A stretch of DNA of 64,000 nucleotides from Dehalococcoidia bacterium (lineage in GTDB: Bacteria > Chloroflexota > Dehalococcoidia > UBA6926): the NCBI GenBank assembly GCA_963666115.2, contig CAXXET010000006.1, positions 352,001 to 416,000 on the forward strand, read 5' to 3'. Below, in pieces: positions 49,690-59,144 of the stretch (position 1 is its first letter; the number at the start of each line of letters is the position of its first letter). The position numbers and the translations under genes were made by a program. The notes under the pieces were generated by a model, which worked only from the letters and a program-made list of their open reading frames with translations, searched no databases and had not been told where the DNA came from.

Positions 49690-50976
49690 CTAGCCGGGGT
49701 TCGTGCTCATCACCACCGTGCCAGCCGTGATCGGCAGCACGCCGTGGCTCACCGCGATCTCCGCCCGGCCCGTGATCTGCCGCTCGCCTGCGCGGTTCTG
49801 CAGCTGCTCCAGCGGGTCCGTGATGAACACGGTCCTCATGCGGCCCGTGCCCATGTTGCCGCCGCCGGAGTTCAGCGGGTTCGGCCCCTTCAGGCTGATG
49901 TCGCTCGCGTAGAAGTCGTGCGCCTCGCCGCGCTTGACGCCGCGCCAGCCCCACGCCTCGATGTAGTACTGCGTGAAGACGGCGAAGCCGTCATACGGCG
50001 CGAACACGTCGATGTCGTCCGCCGTGATGCCGGAGCCGTTGTAGGACCGCTGCGCCTGGATGTCCGTCCACTCCTCGGTGTCGTCGATCGTCTGCACCAG
50101 GCTGCGCGGGGAGAACAGGCTCTCCGTGTGATCCCAGATGTACACCGGCGTCTGCTTCATGTCCGCAGCCTTCTCAGCCGTCGTCATGACGTACGCCGCC
50201 GCCGCCAAAACCGGCCTGTCGCAGTCGAAGATGCTGAGGTCGCGCGCAATCATGCGCCCGTTCAGGTAGTCCTCTTCGGTGAACTCGCCCGGCTCGTGCT
50301 GCGCGTAGTAGCTGTGCTCCCACAGCAGCCCGTTCTTGCGCTCCTGCACGACGAACGGGGCCATGCGGTCATGGTTCGTGCCGTACTTCTGGCAGTACTG
50401 GTTGAAGGTGAACCCCTGGCCGGACAGACCCCAGCCCCAGGTGTTCGGCCACACGGCGCCGCCGCGCGCCTCATTGGAGGGGTCCTGGTGATACCGCCCG
50501 GGCAGGTTGCCGTTCGGGTACGTCACCACGACGGTCTCTGCGCGCCCGTCGGCAATGGCCTGCGCGGCCTGGCCGATCAGGTTCCAGATAGGGTCGCCGT
50601 GGTTGTTGATGTACCTGATGTTTGTGAAGCCCATCTGCTGCCGGAGCCACTGGCCGGTGACGTGCGTCAGGCCGTCCTCCGAGTGGTAGGGCGGGTCGAA
50701 GTACGGGCGCGGCCCCCAAACGTCGCTCAACGGAGCGCCGTTCGGCTGCCCGCCGGCGGAGCCGACGATGCCGTCGACGTCATCAACGGTGATGCCGGCG
50801 TCATCCAGCGCGTTCTGCACGGCGATCATCATGTACGCGCCGAGGGACTTGTCCAGCGACTCGCCGTCCCAGCGGCGGTCCGTTGGGGAGTGCCCGCGGG
50901 CGATCAGCGCCGACTTGCCGCGGCCGTTCCAGATGCCGACGGGGTCGTGATTGCGTTCCCAATTCTCACGTGCCAT
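49690..50976 (-). CDS. Thiolase-like (SCP-x/Ltp2-type) protein, copy 1
   Basis: ALDDAGIT..DVDGI, IFDCDRPV, DIDVFAPYDGFA, PLNSGGGNMG; no canonical catalytic Cys/His. Confidence 0.85.
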   Translation of the reverse strand: MARENWERNHDPVGIWNGRGKSALIARGHSPTDRRWDGESLDKSLGAYMMIAVQNALDDAGITVDDVDGIVGSAGGQPNGAPLSDVWGPRPYFDPPYHSEDGLTHVTGQWLRQQMGFTNIRYINNHGDPIWNLIGQAAQAIADGRAETVVVTYPNGNLPGRYHQDPSNEARGGAVWPNTWGWGLSGQGFTFNQYCQKYGTNHDRMAPFVVQERKNGLLWEHSYYAQHEPGEFTEEDYLNGRMIARDLSIFDCDRPVLAAAAYVMTTAEKAADMKQTPVYIWDHTESLFSPRSLVQTIDDTEEWTDIQAQRSYNGSGITADDIDVFAPYDGFAVFTQYYIEAWGWRGVKRGEAHDFYASDISLKGPNPLNSGGGNMGTGRMRTVFITDPLEQLQNRAGERQITGRAEIAVSHGVLPITAGTVVMSTNPG

Positions 50977-51013
50977 CTACGTGTGTCCTTTCCTGTTGGC
51001 CTGTGTGCCGCGC

Positions 51014-51445
51014 CTACTTGACGATCTTCCACTCCGGGATCATGCGCCCCGGCGCCGCCTCAACGAACTGCACCTCGCAGGTCGCGCCGACCGGAATGTC
51101 GGGCTCCTCCGAGAGGTTCGTGCCGAAGTCGTCGATGAGGTTCGTGTGGAAGTTGATCACCGGGTCCTCCTCAAGCGCCACGATGACGTTGAGGAACGGC
51201 TGCAGCGGATGCCACTGAACCAGGCGGGAGTCGTACGTGATGGAGTAGCCGACGATCTTCGCCCGGCCGCTGGTCTCCTCCCAGGTCATGTGGAAATCAA
51301 AGCCGCAATCGCGACAGGTGGGCTCCGGCGGATACTGCCGTCGGTCACAGATCGCGCAGTACTGAACGATGAGCTTGCCTTCGTTGCATGCGTCCCAGAA
51401 CGGCTGGCTCACCGGATCCGGAACGGGAACAATCGGTCGTGCCAT
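51014..51445 (-). CDS. Zn-ribbon/OB-fold (DUF35, ChsH2-like) protein, copy 1
   Basis: Two CxxC pairs; differs from copy 2 at 2 residues; promoter TTGACA-18-TACGTT at 51480-51509. Confidence 0.9.
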   Translation of the reverse strand: MARPIVPVPDPVSQPFWDACNEGKLIVQYCAICDRRQYPPEPTCRDCGFDFHMTWEETSGRAKIVGYSITYDSRLVQWHPLQPFLNVIVALEEDPVINFHTNLIDDFGTNLSEEPDIPVGATCEVQFVEAAPGRMIPEWKIVK

Positions 51446-51542
51446 TTCTACCCCCTTAGCGCCGTGTTGTTGCCGTCGAAACGTAGCATCCGCGCTTTCA
51501 CCCTGTCAAACTGTTTCATTGCCGCTGAAACGAGTGTCACAC

Positions 51543-53537
51543 ATGTCGCAGTCGCCCACATTCGCCGATCTTTTGACGGAATACATGGAGCGCACGGGCA
51601 TCGGCGACGCCGAGCTCGCCCGCCGCATCAACGTCAACCGCCTTACCCTCATTCGCTGGCGCGAGGGCGTGACCGAGCGTCCCCGCCACCGTGAGGACGT
51701 CGCCCGCTGTGCCGATGTTCTCCGCCTTACGCCGGAGGAGCGCGACGAGTTTCTCTCAGCCGCGGGCTTCGAGCCCGAATCGTCGTCGGAACCTGCCGTC
51801 GCAGCCGATGACAGTCCCCCCGGTGAACCCGCTCGCAACCGCAAGTGGACTCTCGCCATCGCCGCAGTAGCCGCCGTTGTTCTGCTAGGCGCAGGATTGG
51901 CAGTCGCCGCAAATACGCTGGACCTCCTCGCCCCTGATCCAACGCCGGTGCCCGCCACTCCCACGCCTGTCCCCACGCCCACCGCGACGAACACGCCCGC
52001 CCCAACGCCGACTCCCACTCCCAGGATGCCGACGCCCACGCCGCTGCCCGCCACCGTTGCGGCAGAGGGCGAATCCCTCATCCTGCTCGCCCCGTTCGCC
52101 AACTACACCGCCGGCGCGCAGGGCTACAACGTCTCAGGCCGCCTCCGCGAGCGAATCGACACGGAGCTGCGTCTTTCCGGACTGCCGAACGCGCGTACGT
52201 TCCTGTGGCCGGACATCATCCGGTCGGAGAGCGAGGCGAGGCGCGTCACTGAGAGGACCGGCGCGCTGCTCACGATCTGGGGTGAATACGACAGCGGGCG
52301 CGTCCTGGCCCGCTTCACGACTGCTCAAAGTCCCGATGGAACGGGTGGACAGCCCGTCGTCAACATCGCCTCCTCGCCGTCGGAACTTCCGACAACCATC
52401 AACGTGAGCCTGACCGGCGCCGTTCGGTATGTGGCCCTGGTGACCTCGGGGCGCGTTTACCTGGATCAGGGCGACTATGACCGCGCCAAAGCCGTCCTCA
52501 GGCGGGCGATTATCCCGCCGCCCGAGGACCCCGCCGCACTGGTGGATGTCCGCTACCTGTTGGGTATCGCATACCTGGGCGGCGAGCGATTCGACTACGA
52601 TGAGTCCATCGCCTGGTTCTCCCGCGTCCTGGAAGTGGAGCCGCGCTCAGTCGAAGCCCTGAATGGCCGTGCCGTCGCCTATATGCGCCGGGGCAGGGAC
52701 GGCGATATCCAGTTGGCGCGCACCGACCTGTACCGTGCCGAGTCCATCTGGCCTGACCACGCCGAGACCCATACAAACAGGGGCCGCGCACACATGCTCC
52801 ATGCCGGAATCGATAACCTCTACCAGGCCGTCAGCTCGTTTTCACGGGCCATTGAGCTTGCACCGGGCAACGCAATTGCCTACGTCGACCGCGCCGGCGC
52901 GTACACCGCCCGCAGCCAGGCGTCCGACCTGGCGCTTGCCCGAACCGACCTTGACCGCGCGCTGGAACTGGAGCCGGACCTCGTGGAAGCCTACGTCGCT
53001 TCCGGCCTGCTGTTTGTGGTGCATGAGGGCCGGGTGGAAGTCCTCCGTAGCATCACCGAGTACACCCGTGCCATCGATCTGGCGCCCGAATCGCCGGATG
53101 CCTGGTTCCACCGTGGCCTGGCCAACTCCCAGCTCGGCTTTCTCGCCGAATCGGCCGCCGACCTTGAGATGGCCACGCAACTCGCGCCAAACAACCTTCA
53201 ATACATGGACGCTGCCTGCCGCGCCCTCATCGTCGCGGGAGACGCCCCCGCCGCGCTCAACTACTGCGATGCGGCAGTGCAGGGCGGCTACGAAAGAGCG
53301 CTCTATTCCCGAACGCTGGCAAACGCCATGCTAGGCCTTGCTGACGACGCGGAACAGGACCTAGCCAACTATACCGCATGGGCAGAATCCCCGGAGCAGA
53401 GCCAGTGCCGCGCCCCCCTCCTCAACGCCGCCGAAACGCTCGAAGCCCCCATCGCCACCGCCCGAGGCGAAGCCGACATGTGGAACCTCCTGGACTTCCG
53501 CCCCCGCGCCACCATCCCCGGCCGCCCCGCGTGCTAG
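51543..53537 (+). CDS. Membrane-anchored XRE-HTH protein with PT linker and TPR repeats
   Basis: N-terminal ELARRINVNRLTLIRWREG, a single TM, a PTPT linker, and roughly eight TPR-like repeats. Confidence 0.78.
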   Translation: MSQSPTFADLLTEYMERTGIGDAELARRINVNRLTLIRWREGVTERPRHREDVARCADVLRLTPEERDEFLSAAGFEPESSSEPAVAADDSPPGEPARNRKWTLAIAAVAAVVLLGAGLAVAANTLDLLAPDPTPVPATPTPVPTPTATNTPAPTPTPTPRMPTPTPLPATVAAEGESLILLAPFANYTAGAQGYNVSGRLRERIDTELRLSGLPNARTFLWPDIIRSESEARRVTERTGALLTIWGEYDSGRVLARFTTAQSPDGTGGQPVVNIASSPSELPTTINVSLTGAVRYVALVTSGRVYLDQGDYDRAKAVLRRAIIPPPEDPAALVDVRYLLGIAYLGGERFDYDESIAWFSRVLEVEPRSVEALNGRAVAYMRRGRDGDIQLARTDLYRAESIWPDHAETHTNRGRAHMLHAGIDNLYQAVSSFSRAIELAPGNAIAYVDRAGAYTARSQASDLALARTDLDRALELEPDLVEAYVASGLLFVVHEGRVEVLRSITEYTRAIDLAPESPDAWFHRGLANSQLGFLAESAADLEMATQLAPNNLQYMDAACRALIVAGDAPAALNYCDAAVQGGYERALYSRTLANAMLGLADDAEQDLANYTAWAESPEQSQCRAPLLNAAETLEAPIATARGEADMWNLLDFRPRATIPGRPAC

Positions 53538-53552
53538 CCGCAACACAAGAAA

Positions 53553-53580
53553 CCCGCCCTGCCGCAAACGGCAGGGCGGG
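53553..53580. terminator. GC-rich hairpin after the TPR gene
   Basis: CCCGCCCTGCCG-CAAA-CGGCAGGGCGGG. Confidence 0.55.
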
Positions 53581-53630
53581 CCTCCCCCTCCCCTTCGTCT
53601 TTCCCGACCCCCTCCTTTTTCCCGCGAAAG

Positions 53631-54849
53631 GAGACCTTTGCATAACTCTCTCACTCAAGCCAAAATTGGGGTGAGCGCGGATGGAGAGAGAGGAGGGTGA
53701 GCGATGCATCGTCAGATGGGGCAGCCGTCACTGGCGGAGACGTTGTTGCCGGAGAAGCTCGGCAGGAATACGCGCCTGGAGCGCATCGGCGCAGAGATCG
53801 ATTGGGATCGATTCGCCACGTTGGTGGATGACATCTATTCGGCGTCGGAGGGTCGCCCCAGCTACCCGCCGCTGACGATGGTGAAGGTCCTCCTGTTGCA
53901 GCAGTGGTACAACGCCTCGGACCCCCAGATGGAGGAGGCGCTGACGGACCGCATCTCGTTCCGCCGCTTCGTGGGGCTGGGACTTGAGGATGACGCGCCG
54001 GATCACTCGACGATCAGCCGTTTCCGCACGGAGCTGGGGCGGCGCGGTTTGGCGGAGACGCTCTTCCAGGAGTTGGGCGCGCAGCTGGACAAGCGGGGAT
54101 TGCTCGTCAAGTCGGGGACATTGATGGACGCCACGCTGGTGGAGGCGCAGGTCAAACGCCCTCCGATGAGCGCGGGGCCTGGCGCGCGGAGCGAGACGGA
54201 CCCGGACGCGGGCTGGAGCCGCACCGGCCGCGGGTCACGAACGCACTTCGGCTACAAGGCGCACGCCGGGGTGGACGAGGGGACGGGCATCGTGCGCCAG
54301 GCGGAATTCACATCGGCCGTGGTGTATGAGAGCGAGGTGGCGGACGAATTGATCAGCGGGGATGAGCGAGCGGTGTACGGCGACCGCGCCTACGAATCGA
54401 AAGCGCGGCGACGGCGGCTGAAGGAGATGGGCATCAAGGACAGGATCATGCATCGGGCGAACAAGCATCAGCGGGTGCTGCCGCCGCGACTCCAATTGCG
54501 GAATGACCTGATTGCGCCGCGCCGCTCCCCGGTCGAGAAGGTCTTTGGGACGCTCAAACGGAGCTACGGCTACAGTCGTGTGCGCTACCGGGGCTTGCGA
54601 CGCAACAGGGTGGAGATGTACCTGAAGCTGATGGCCTACAACCTCAGGAAGATGATTCACCTCGTCCCCGCCCCGGCCTAAGCGGGCACGACCCTACAAT
54701 CCGAGAGCCGGATACCGCCAGACCACTGAAATCGCGCTCATCTAGCCGACCAGACAGCCGGTCAAGCACCGTCGATTCTCGACAGAGCGCACGCCTTCTC
54801 GCCACCTGCGTCCCCAAAACAGACAAGGCCGCAGTTGCGCAAAGGTCTC
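53631..54849 (+). mobile_element. IS5-family insertion sequence (IS1106-like ends)
   Basis: IRL GAGACCTTTGCATAACT and IRR AGTTGCGCAAAGGTCTC. Flanking duplication is CGAAAG, or GAAA if the IR includes the outer G/C. Confidence 0.93.
53704..54681 (+). CDS. IS5 family DDE transposase
   Basis: GRPSYP...LLQQWY...DRISFRRF...PDHSTISRFR...DATLV...FGYKAH...YGDRAY...VEKVFG...AYNL. Confidence 0.95.
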   Translation: MHRQMGQPSLAETLLPEKLGRNTRLERIGAEIDWDRFATLVDDIYSASEGRPSYPPLTMVKVLLLQQWYNASDPQMEEALTDRISFRRFVGLGLEDDAPDHSTISRFRTELGRRGLAETLFQELGAQLDKRGLLVKSGTLMDATLVEAQVKRPPMSAGPGARSETDPDAGWSRTGRGSRTHFGYKAHAGVDEGTGIVRQAEFTSAVVYESEVADELISGDERAVYGDRAYESKARRRRLKEMGIKDRIMHRANKHQRVLPPRLQLRNDLIAPRRSPVEKVFGTLKRSYGYSRVRYRGLRRNRVEMYLKLMAYNLRKMIHLVPAPA

Positions 54850-54862
54850 CGAAAGCGGGAAT

Positions 54863-54908
54863 CCAGCCCCCCGTTCACCCTGAGCCTGTCGAAGGCTGAA
54901 CGGGGGGG
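54863..54908 (+). repeat. REP-like element type B, second copy (forms a hairpin)
   Basis: CCCCCCGTTCA...TGAACGGGGGG stem enclosing CCCTGAGCCTGTCGAAGG. Confidence 0.7.
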
Positions 54909-54916
54909 CGCCTAAC

Positions 54917-56704
54917 CTAGTTGCTGTACCCGGATGACGGCCTCCCCGGCCACTCCGGCAAATCCCGCACCATCTGCCCTAGCACGTAGCGGAAGTCCCT
55001 GTACGAATCCAGCCCGCCAAGCTCTCCATCAAGGGATTCGAGCCGGTCCCAAAGCACGGACAACTCGTGTTGCACAACCTCGGCCCCGCGCGCGTCCGTG
55101 TAGGGCAGGCTCGCGTACCGATCTGCCGCCAGCGCCACGATCGCCCCGAACTCCACGTACGCGTCGCCGCCCCTGCCGAGCCGCCGGTCCAGCCGAACGT
55201 CCATCCACTCCGACTGCTGAAGCGACGCCCCGTTGACCGGATCGACCCAGCGCAGGTCCACAGTCCCAAGGTCGGCGGCCCGGTCCAGCCGCGAGCGCAT
55301 GTCGTCACGCAGCCGCACCTCGAAGAACACCGTTGTTGCCGCGCCCGCCGGAATCTCCGCGAACTCCTTGCGATTCTCAGTGAACGACTGGTCGGACGTA
55401 ACCCGGTTCTCGTACCCGATCATGCGCCACGAATCCACAACGTCCGGGTTCCACCGCACCTGCGCCCTCGTCTGGTCCGCGAACGGCTTTGAGATGGCCA
55501 GCCAATTGTCCCGCCGGAACGTCTGCTTCGCATGATCGACGTCGTTCAGGTAGCGGTACCAGCCGTTGCCGTGTTGCGCCAGTTGCTCCAGCAGCACGTC
55601 GTTGTAATTGCTGATGCCGACGCCGATGGTGATCAGCCGCAGCGGGTTGCGCGCGTTCCGATCATAGGCGCTCTCAAGGATGGCGAACGGGTCCGTCGCG
55701 TCAACGTTCGCCACGCCGTCGGACATCAGGATGATGTAGTTGTACGCATTCGGCCTGTCGCGCCGCGCCCGGTCCGCAAGCCACACGCCCTCATTCAGCC
55801 CCGCCTGCACGTTGGTGCTGGCGCGCGGGGTCAGCTGGTCGATGGAACGCCGCACGTCACGGTCGTCCGGGTCCGTGTGCTCAACCGTCAGGTCGTTGAT
55901 GACGTCCGACGAGAAATGCACGACGGCCATGCGGTCACGGCTGCTAAGGCTCTTGCGAATCGCCTCGGCCGCCTCCCGCGCAATCTCAACACGGTTCCCG
56001 TCCCCCATCGAGCCGGACGCGTCCAGCACGAGCGTCACGTTGACCGGAATGTTGTCCTCAACCCGGGGTGCCTGGAACCCGAGCCGCACCATCTGAAACG
56101 CGCTGTCCAGCGGATGCTCGAACACGTCGGTCGTGATGCCGAACGAGTCGTCGTGGGACGGCTGCGGGTAATCGTAATTGAACGCGTTGATCCACTCCTC
56201 CGCCCGCACCGAATCCGGGTCGATCTCATACCCGGACTGCGCCCAGTTCAGCGCCAGCGCGAACGACGTGCGATCCGTATCCAGGCTGAACGTGGACATG
56301 TTGTCCTGGTCTGCCCAGACCCACCCCGACTGCACATAGTCGTTGAAGGTTATCGGCCCGCCCGGCGCGACCGGCGGCTCCTCGTAAGCCGACTCATAGG
56401 ACCTGGTCATTGGAACAGTCGTCGCGGCTGGCGCGGACCCGGTGATGACGATGGCCGTGGCGGTGGGTTGGGAAGCGGTGATGGTGATGGCTGTGGAAGT
56501 AGGCCAAACCTCATACGACCTCGACGATTCCTCGTAGCGGTCATAGTCCTCATTCTCGTTAGCGCTTCCGCACCCGGCTGCCATCACGGCGATGCCGATG
56601 ACCACGATGATCGCTGCAAGCGCCGCGTGCCTGCCGGCGTGAAAAACCCCCGTGAGTGTCGTGCTCCTGCCGATGCTGGTGAGCGCTGTCAGTGTTGTAC
56701 GCAT
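54917..56704 (-). CDS. YfbK-like vWA domain lipoprotein (vWF_A + VWA + DUF3520)
   Basis: STFSLDTDRTS, VRAEEWINAF.YDY, MIDAS DASGSM, SDGVANV, RMIGYENR; lipobox AAGC. Confidence 0.88.
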   Translation of the reverse strand: MRTTLTALTSIGRSTTLTGVFHAGRHAALAAIIVVIGIAVMAAGCGSANENEDYDRYEESSRSYEVWPTSTAITITASQPTATAIVITGSAPAATTVPMTRSYESAYEEPPVAPGGPITFNDYVQSGWVWADQDNMSTFSLDTDRTSFALALNWAQSGYEIDPDSVRAEEWINAFNYDYPQPSHDDSFGITTDVFEHPLDSAFQMVRLGFQAPRVEDNIPVNVTLVLDASGSMGDGNRVEIAREAAEAIRKSLSSRDRMAVVHFSSDVINDLTVEHTDPDDRDVRRSIDQLTPRASTNVQAGLNEGVWLADRARRDRPNAYNYIILMSDGVANVDATDPFAILESAYDRNARNPLRLITIGVGISNYNDVLLEQLAQHGNGWYRYLNDVDHAKQTFRRDNWLAISKPFADQTRAQVRWNPDVVDSWRMIGYENRVTSDQSFTENRKEFAEIPAGAATTVFFEVRLRDDMRSRLDRAADLGTVDLRWVDPVNGASLQQSEWMDVRLDRRLGRGGDAYVEFGAIVALAADRYASLPYTDARGAEVVQHELSVLWDRLESLDGELGGLDSYRDFRYVLGQMVRDLPEWPGRPSSGYSN

Positions 56705-56887
56705 GACGATTGCCTCCTTCGTCTGCTGCCTCAGGCCCGGCCGCTGCCGAACCCACAGCTACAATCGCCCTGACAGGAGTACGCAACCGACTACAACACT
56801 GCTACATTCAACTCAAAACACGCCTCAAAAACGTCACATTCACCCGCGTCCAACCCCAGCCCAAAAGCCCTCCGGCAACAACCCTCC

Positions 56888-56959
56888 GTCATTCCCGCGC
56901 ACGCGGGAATCTAGCACTAAATTGCGAGGCGCGTGTCATTCTGAGCGCAGCGAAGAATC
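56888..56959. repeat. Cluster of REP-like palindromes (type A and GTCATTCTGAGCGCAGCGAAGAATC)
   Basis: GTCATTCCCGCGCACGCGGGAATCTAG at 56888-56914; second GTCATTC-headed hairpin at 56935-56959. Confidence 0.7.
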
Positions 56960-57081
56960 CAAAGCCTCAACTGACCAACCACTGGCCGGAACGTTGGTTG
57001 ACTTGATGCGCTGCGACCTACAATCTTAACTGCGTTGTTCAAGTGAAAAGCGGCGTAGGGGTCAGGGCGGGAGAAACACTG

Positions 57082-59088
57082 ATGGGTTACGGTCACGCAT
57101 CATCTGTTGACGAATTCTTGCGGACTGACGACGACAAACTAATCGGGAAGCTGGCTTCGCGCGTTGCTGACATTGGGATTCCTGATCAAAGCAGCGCGCA
57201 AATCGAAGCCTGGCGGGCCGAGATTCAGTTGCTCAAGAAACAGCTGAAGGGTTCGAAGTTCAAGCGCTGGTCCATCGTTCTGGAGTATGAGATACCCCGT
57301 CGGTCTCGCAGACCGGACGTAATTCTCCTGTCCCCGGAAGCCATCTTTGTTGTGGAGTTCAAGATGGGTGCTCAGGCATACGATGCGATGTCTCGCTGGC
57401 AAGCTAATTCCTATGCCCGCGACCTCAGGGACTTCCACGCAGAATCCCACCGGCGCAGGATCGTGCCAATCCTATGCGCAACTGACGCCCAGGGAGGGTC
57501 TGCACCCAAGTCCTACCCTTTTCGTTCGGAAGCTGAAGTTGCTGATCTCGTCCGAACCAACGGATCAGGCCTCGGCTCATGGTTGCTAAAGTGCGACCAA
57601 CATCGCTATTCCGATTCCCCCGCTGGTGCAATAGCTCGGGAACAATGGCTGGAGTCTGAATATCGGCCGACCCCGACAATTATTGAAGCCGCTTCTCGCC
57701 TCTACGAGGGGCATGGAGTACGCGAGATCTCGCATCGATACGCGCATAACCTCGACGAAACTACGGAAATGCTGCTGGGAGAAATCAAGGAGGCTCGCAA
57801 GCGAAAGCGCCGGGTGATCTGTTTTGTCACGGGTGTCCCGGGGGCCGGGAAAACGTTGACAGGGCTCAATGTCGTGCACAGCCCCGGCCCGCGGCGAGGA
57901 AAACGTTTGGGGGCGATTTTCCTTTCTGGCAACGGCCCCTTGGTAAGGATCATTCAAGAGGCATTAGTCCTCAGCGAAGGCAATGGAGGCCGCAAGAAAG
58001 GTGAGGCCCGGCGTGAGGCCACCACGTTTATTCAGAACGTCCATAATTTCTTGGGCTACCACTTCGAGCGGCCGGGAGAGCGTCCACACGAGAATGTCGT
58101 GGTGTTCGACGAGGCTCAAAGAGCCTGGGATCAAAACCAGATGCAGCGCAAGCAAGGCAAAGATGCCTCTGAAGCGACCCTCTTGCTGGACGTGATGGAG
58201 AGATTACCTGATTGGGCGGTAGTCATCGCCTTGGTGGGCGGCGGACAAGAGATATTCAATGGAGAGGCGGGATTGAGCGAGTGGGGCAACGCCTTGGAGA
58301 ATCGCTCAGCCTCTTGGCGGGTGGTCGCCTCTCCGGAGGTGCTCATCGGCGGGGAGAGTGTCGCTGGCAAGAAGCTGTTTGAAGGCGCCATCCCCAAAAA
58401 CGTCACATACCATCAAGAAGACCTGGCGCACTTGGACGTTGTGGTCAGAAATCACCGAGCACAGCGCTGGGCCGAATGGGTAAATGCGCTGCTCTCATCC
58501 CAATATGACTCCGCTCAAGTGCTTTTTCCGGACGGCGATGAATTTCCCTGTGTTGTCACGCGTGACTTGGAGAAGGCACGGGCTTGGCTGCGGAAGTACC
58601 GTTCTATTGATGAAGAGGAAAGATCTGGGCTGGTGGCAACCTCGAAGGACCATCGCCTAAGGGCTTACGGCATTGAGCGATCTAGTTCACTGCTCACGAA
58701 CTTTCCTTTCGAGAAATGGTTTTTGAGTCCCAGCACTGACGTCCGCTCCAGCTTTCAGCTGGAGGTCGCGGCATCTGAATTCGAATGTCAGGGGCTTGAG
58801 CTCGACTGGGTTGGGCTCTGTTGGGGTGGCGACCTCACACCATCGGAAGGTTCCGCAGGCTGAGAGTATCAGAAATTCCGCGGCGACAAGTGGCAACAAG
58901 TAAGGAAGGAGTCCGAACAGGAATACACGGTGAACAGGTATCGCGTGCTACTGACTCGTGCTCGCAAGGGCCTAGTTATCTGGGTTCCGAAGGGTGATCC
59001 CAATGATCCTACGCGCGAACCTGAGCGGTACGATCGAGTATACGATGCGCTCCGTGTGGCAGGAGTGCCCCTGCTTGAGGAAGAGTAG
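57082..59088 (+). pseudogene. DUF2075 (Schlafen group 3-like) helicase with N-terminal PD-(D/E)xK nuclease; in-frame TGA at 58861
   Basis: PDVILL...VVEFK, GVPGAGKT, FDEAQRAW, QGLELDW. After the TGA the frame continues EYQKFRGDKWQ...NRYRVLLTRARKG to TAG 59088. Confidence 0.8.
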
Positions 59089-59098
59089 GCCCCCAGCA

Positions 59099-59128
59099 AA
59101 AAGCCCCCAGCAAACGCCGGGGGCTTTT
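59099..59128. terminator. Bidirectional intrinsic terminator
   Basis: AAAAGCCCCC...GGGGGCTTTT between convergent genes. Confidence 0.75.
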
Positions 59129-59144
59129 GTGCCTCACTAGAGGT

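Noticed and set aside
49615-51694. Plus-strand 468-aa and 247-aa ORFs
   Set aside because: Antisense to the well-supported thiolase and DUF35 genes.
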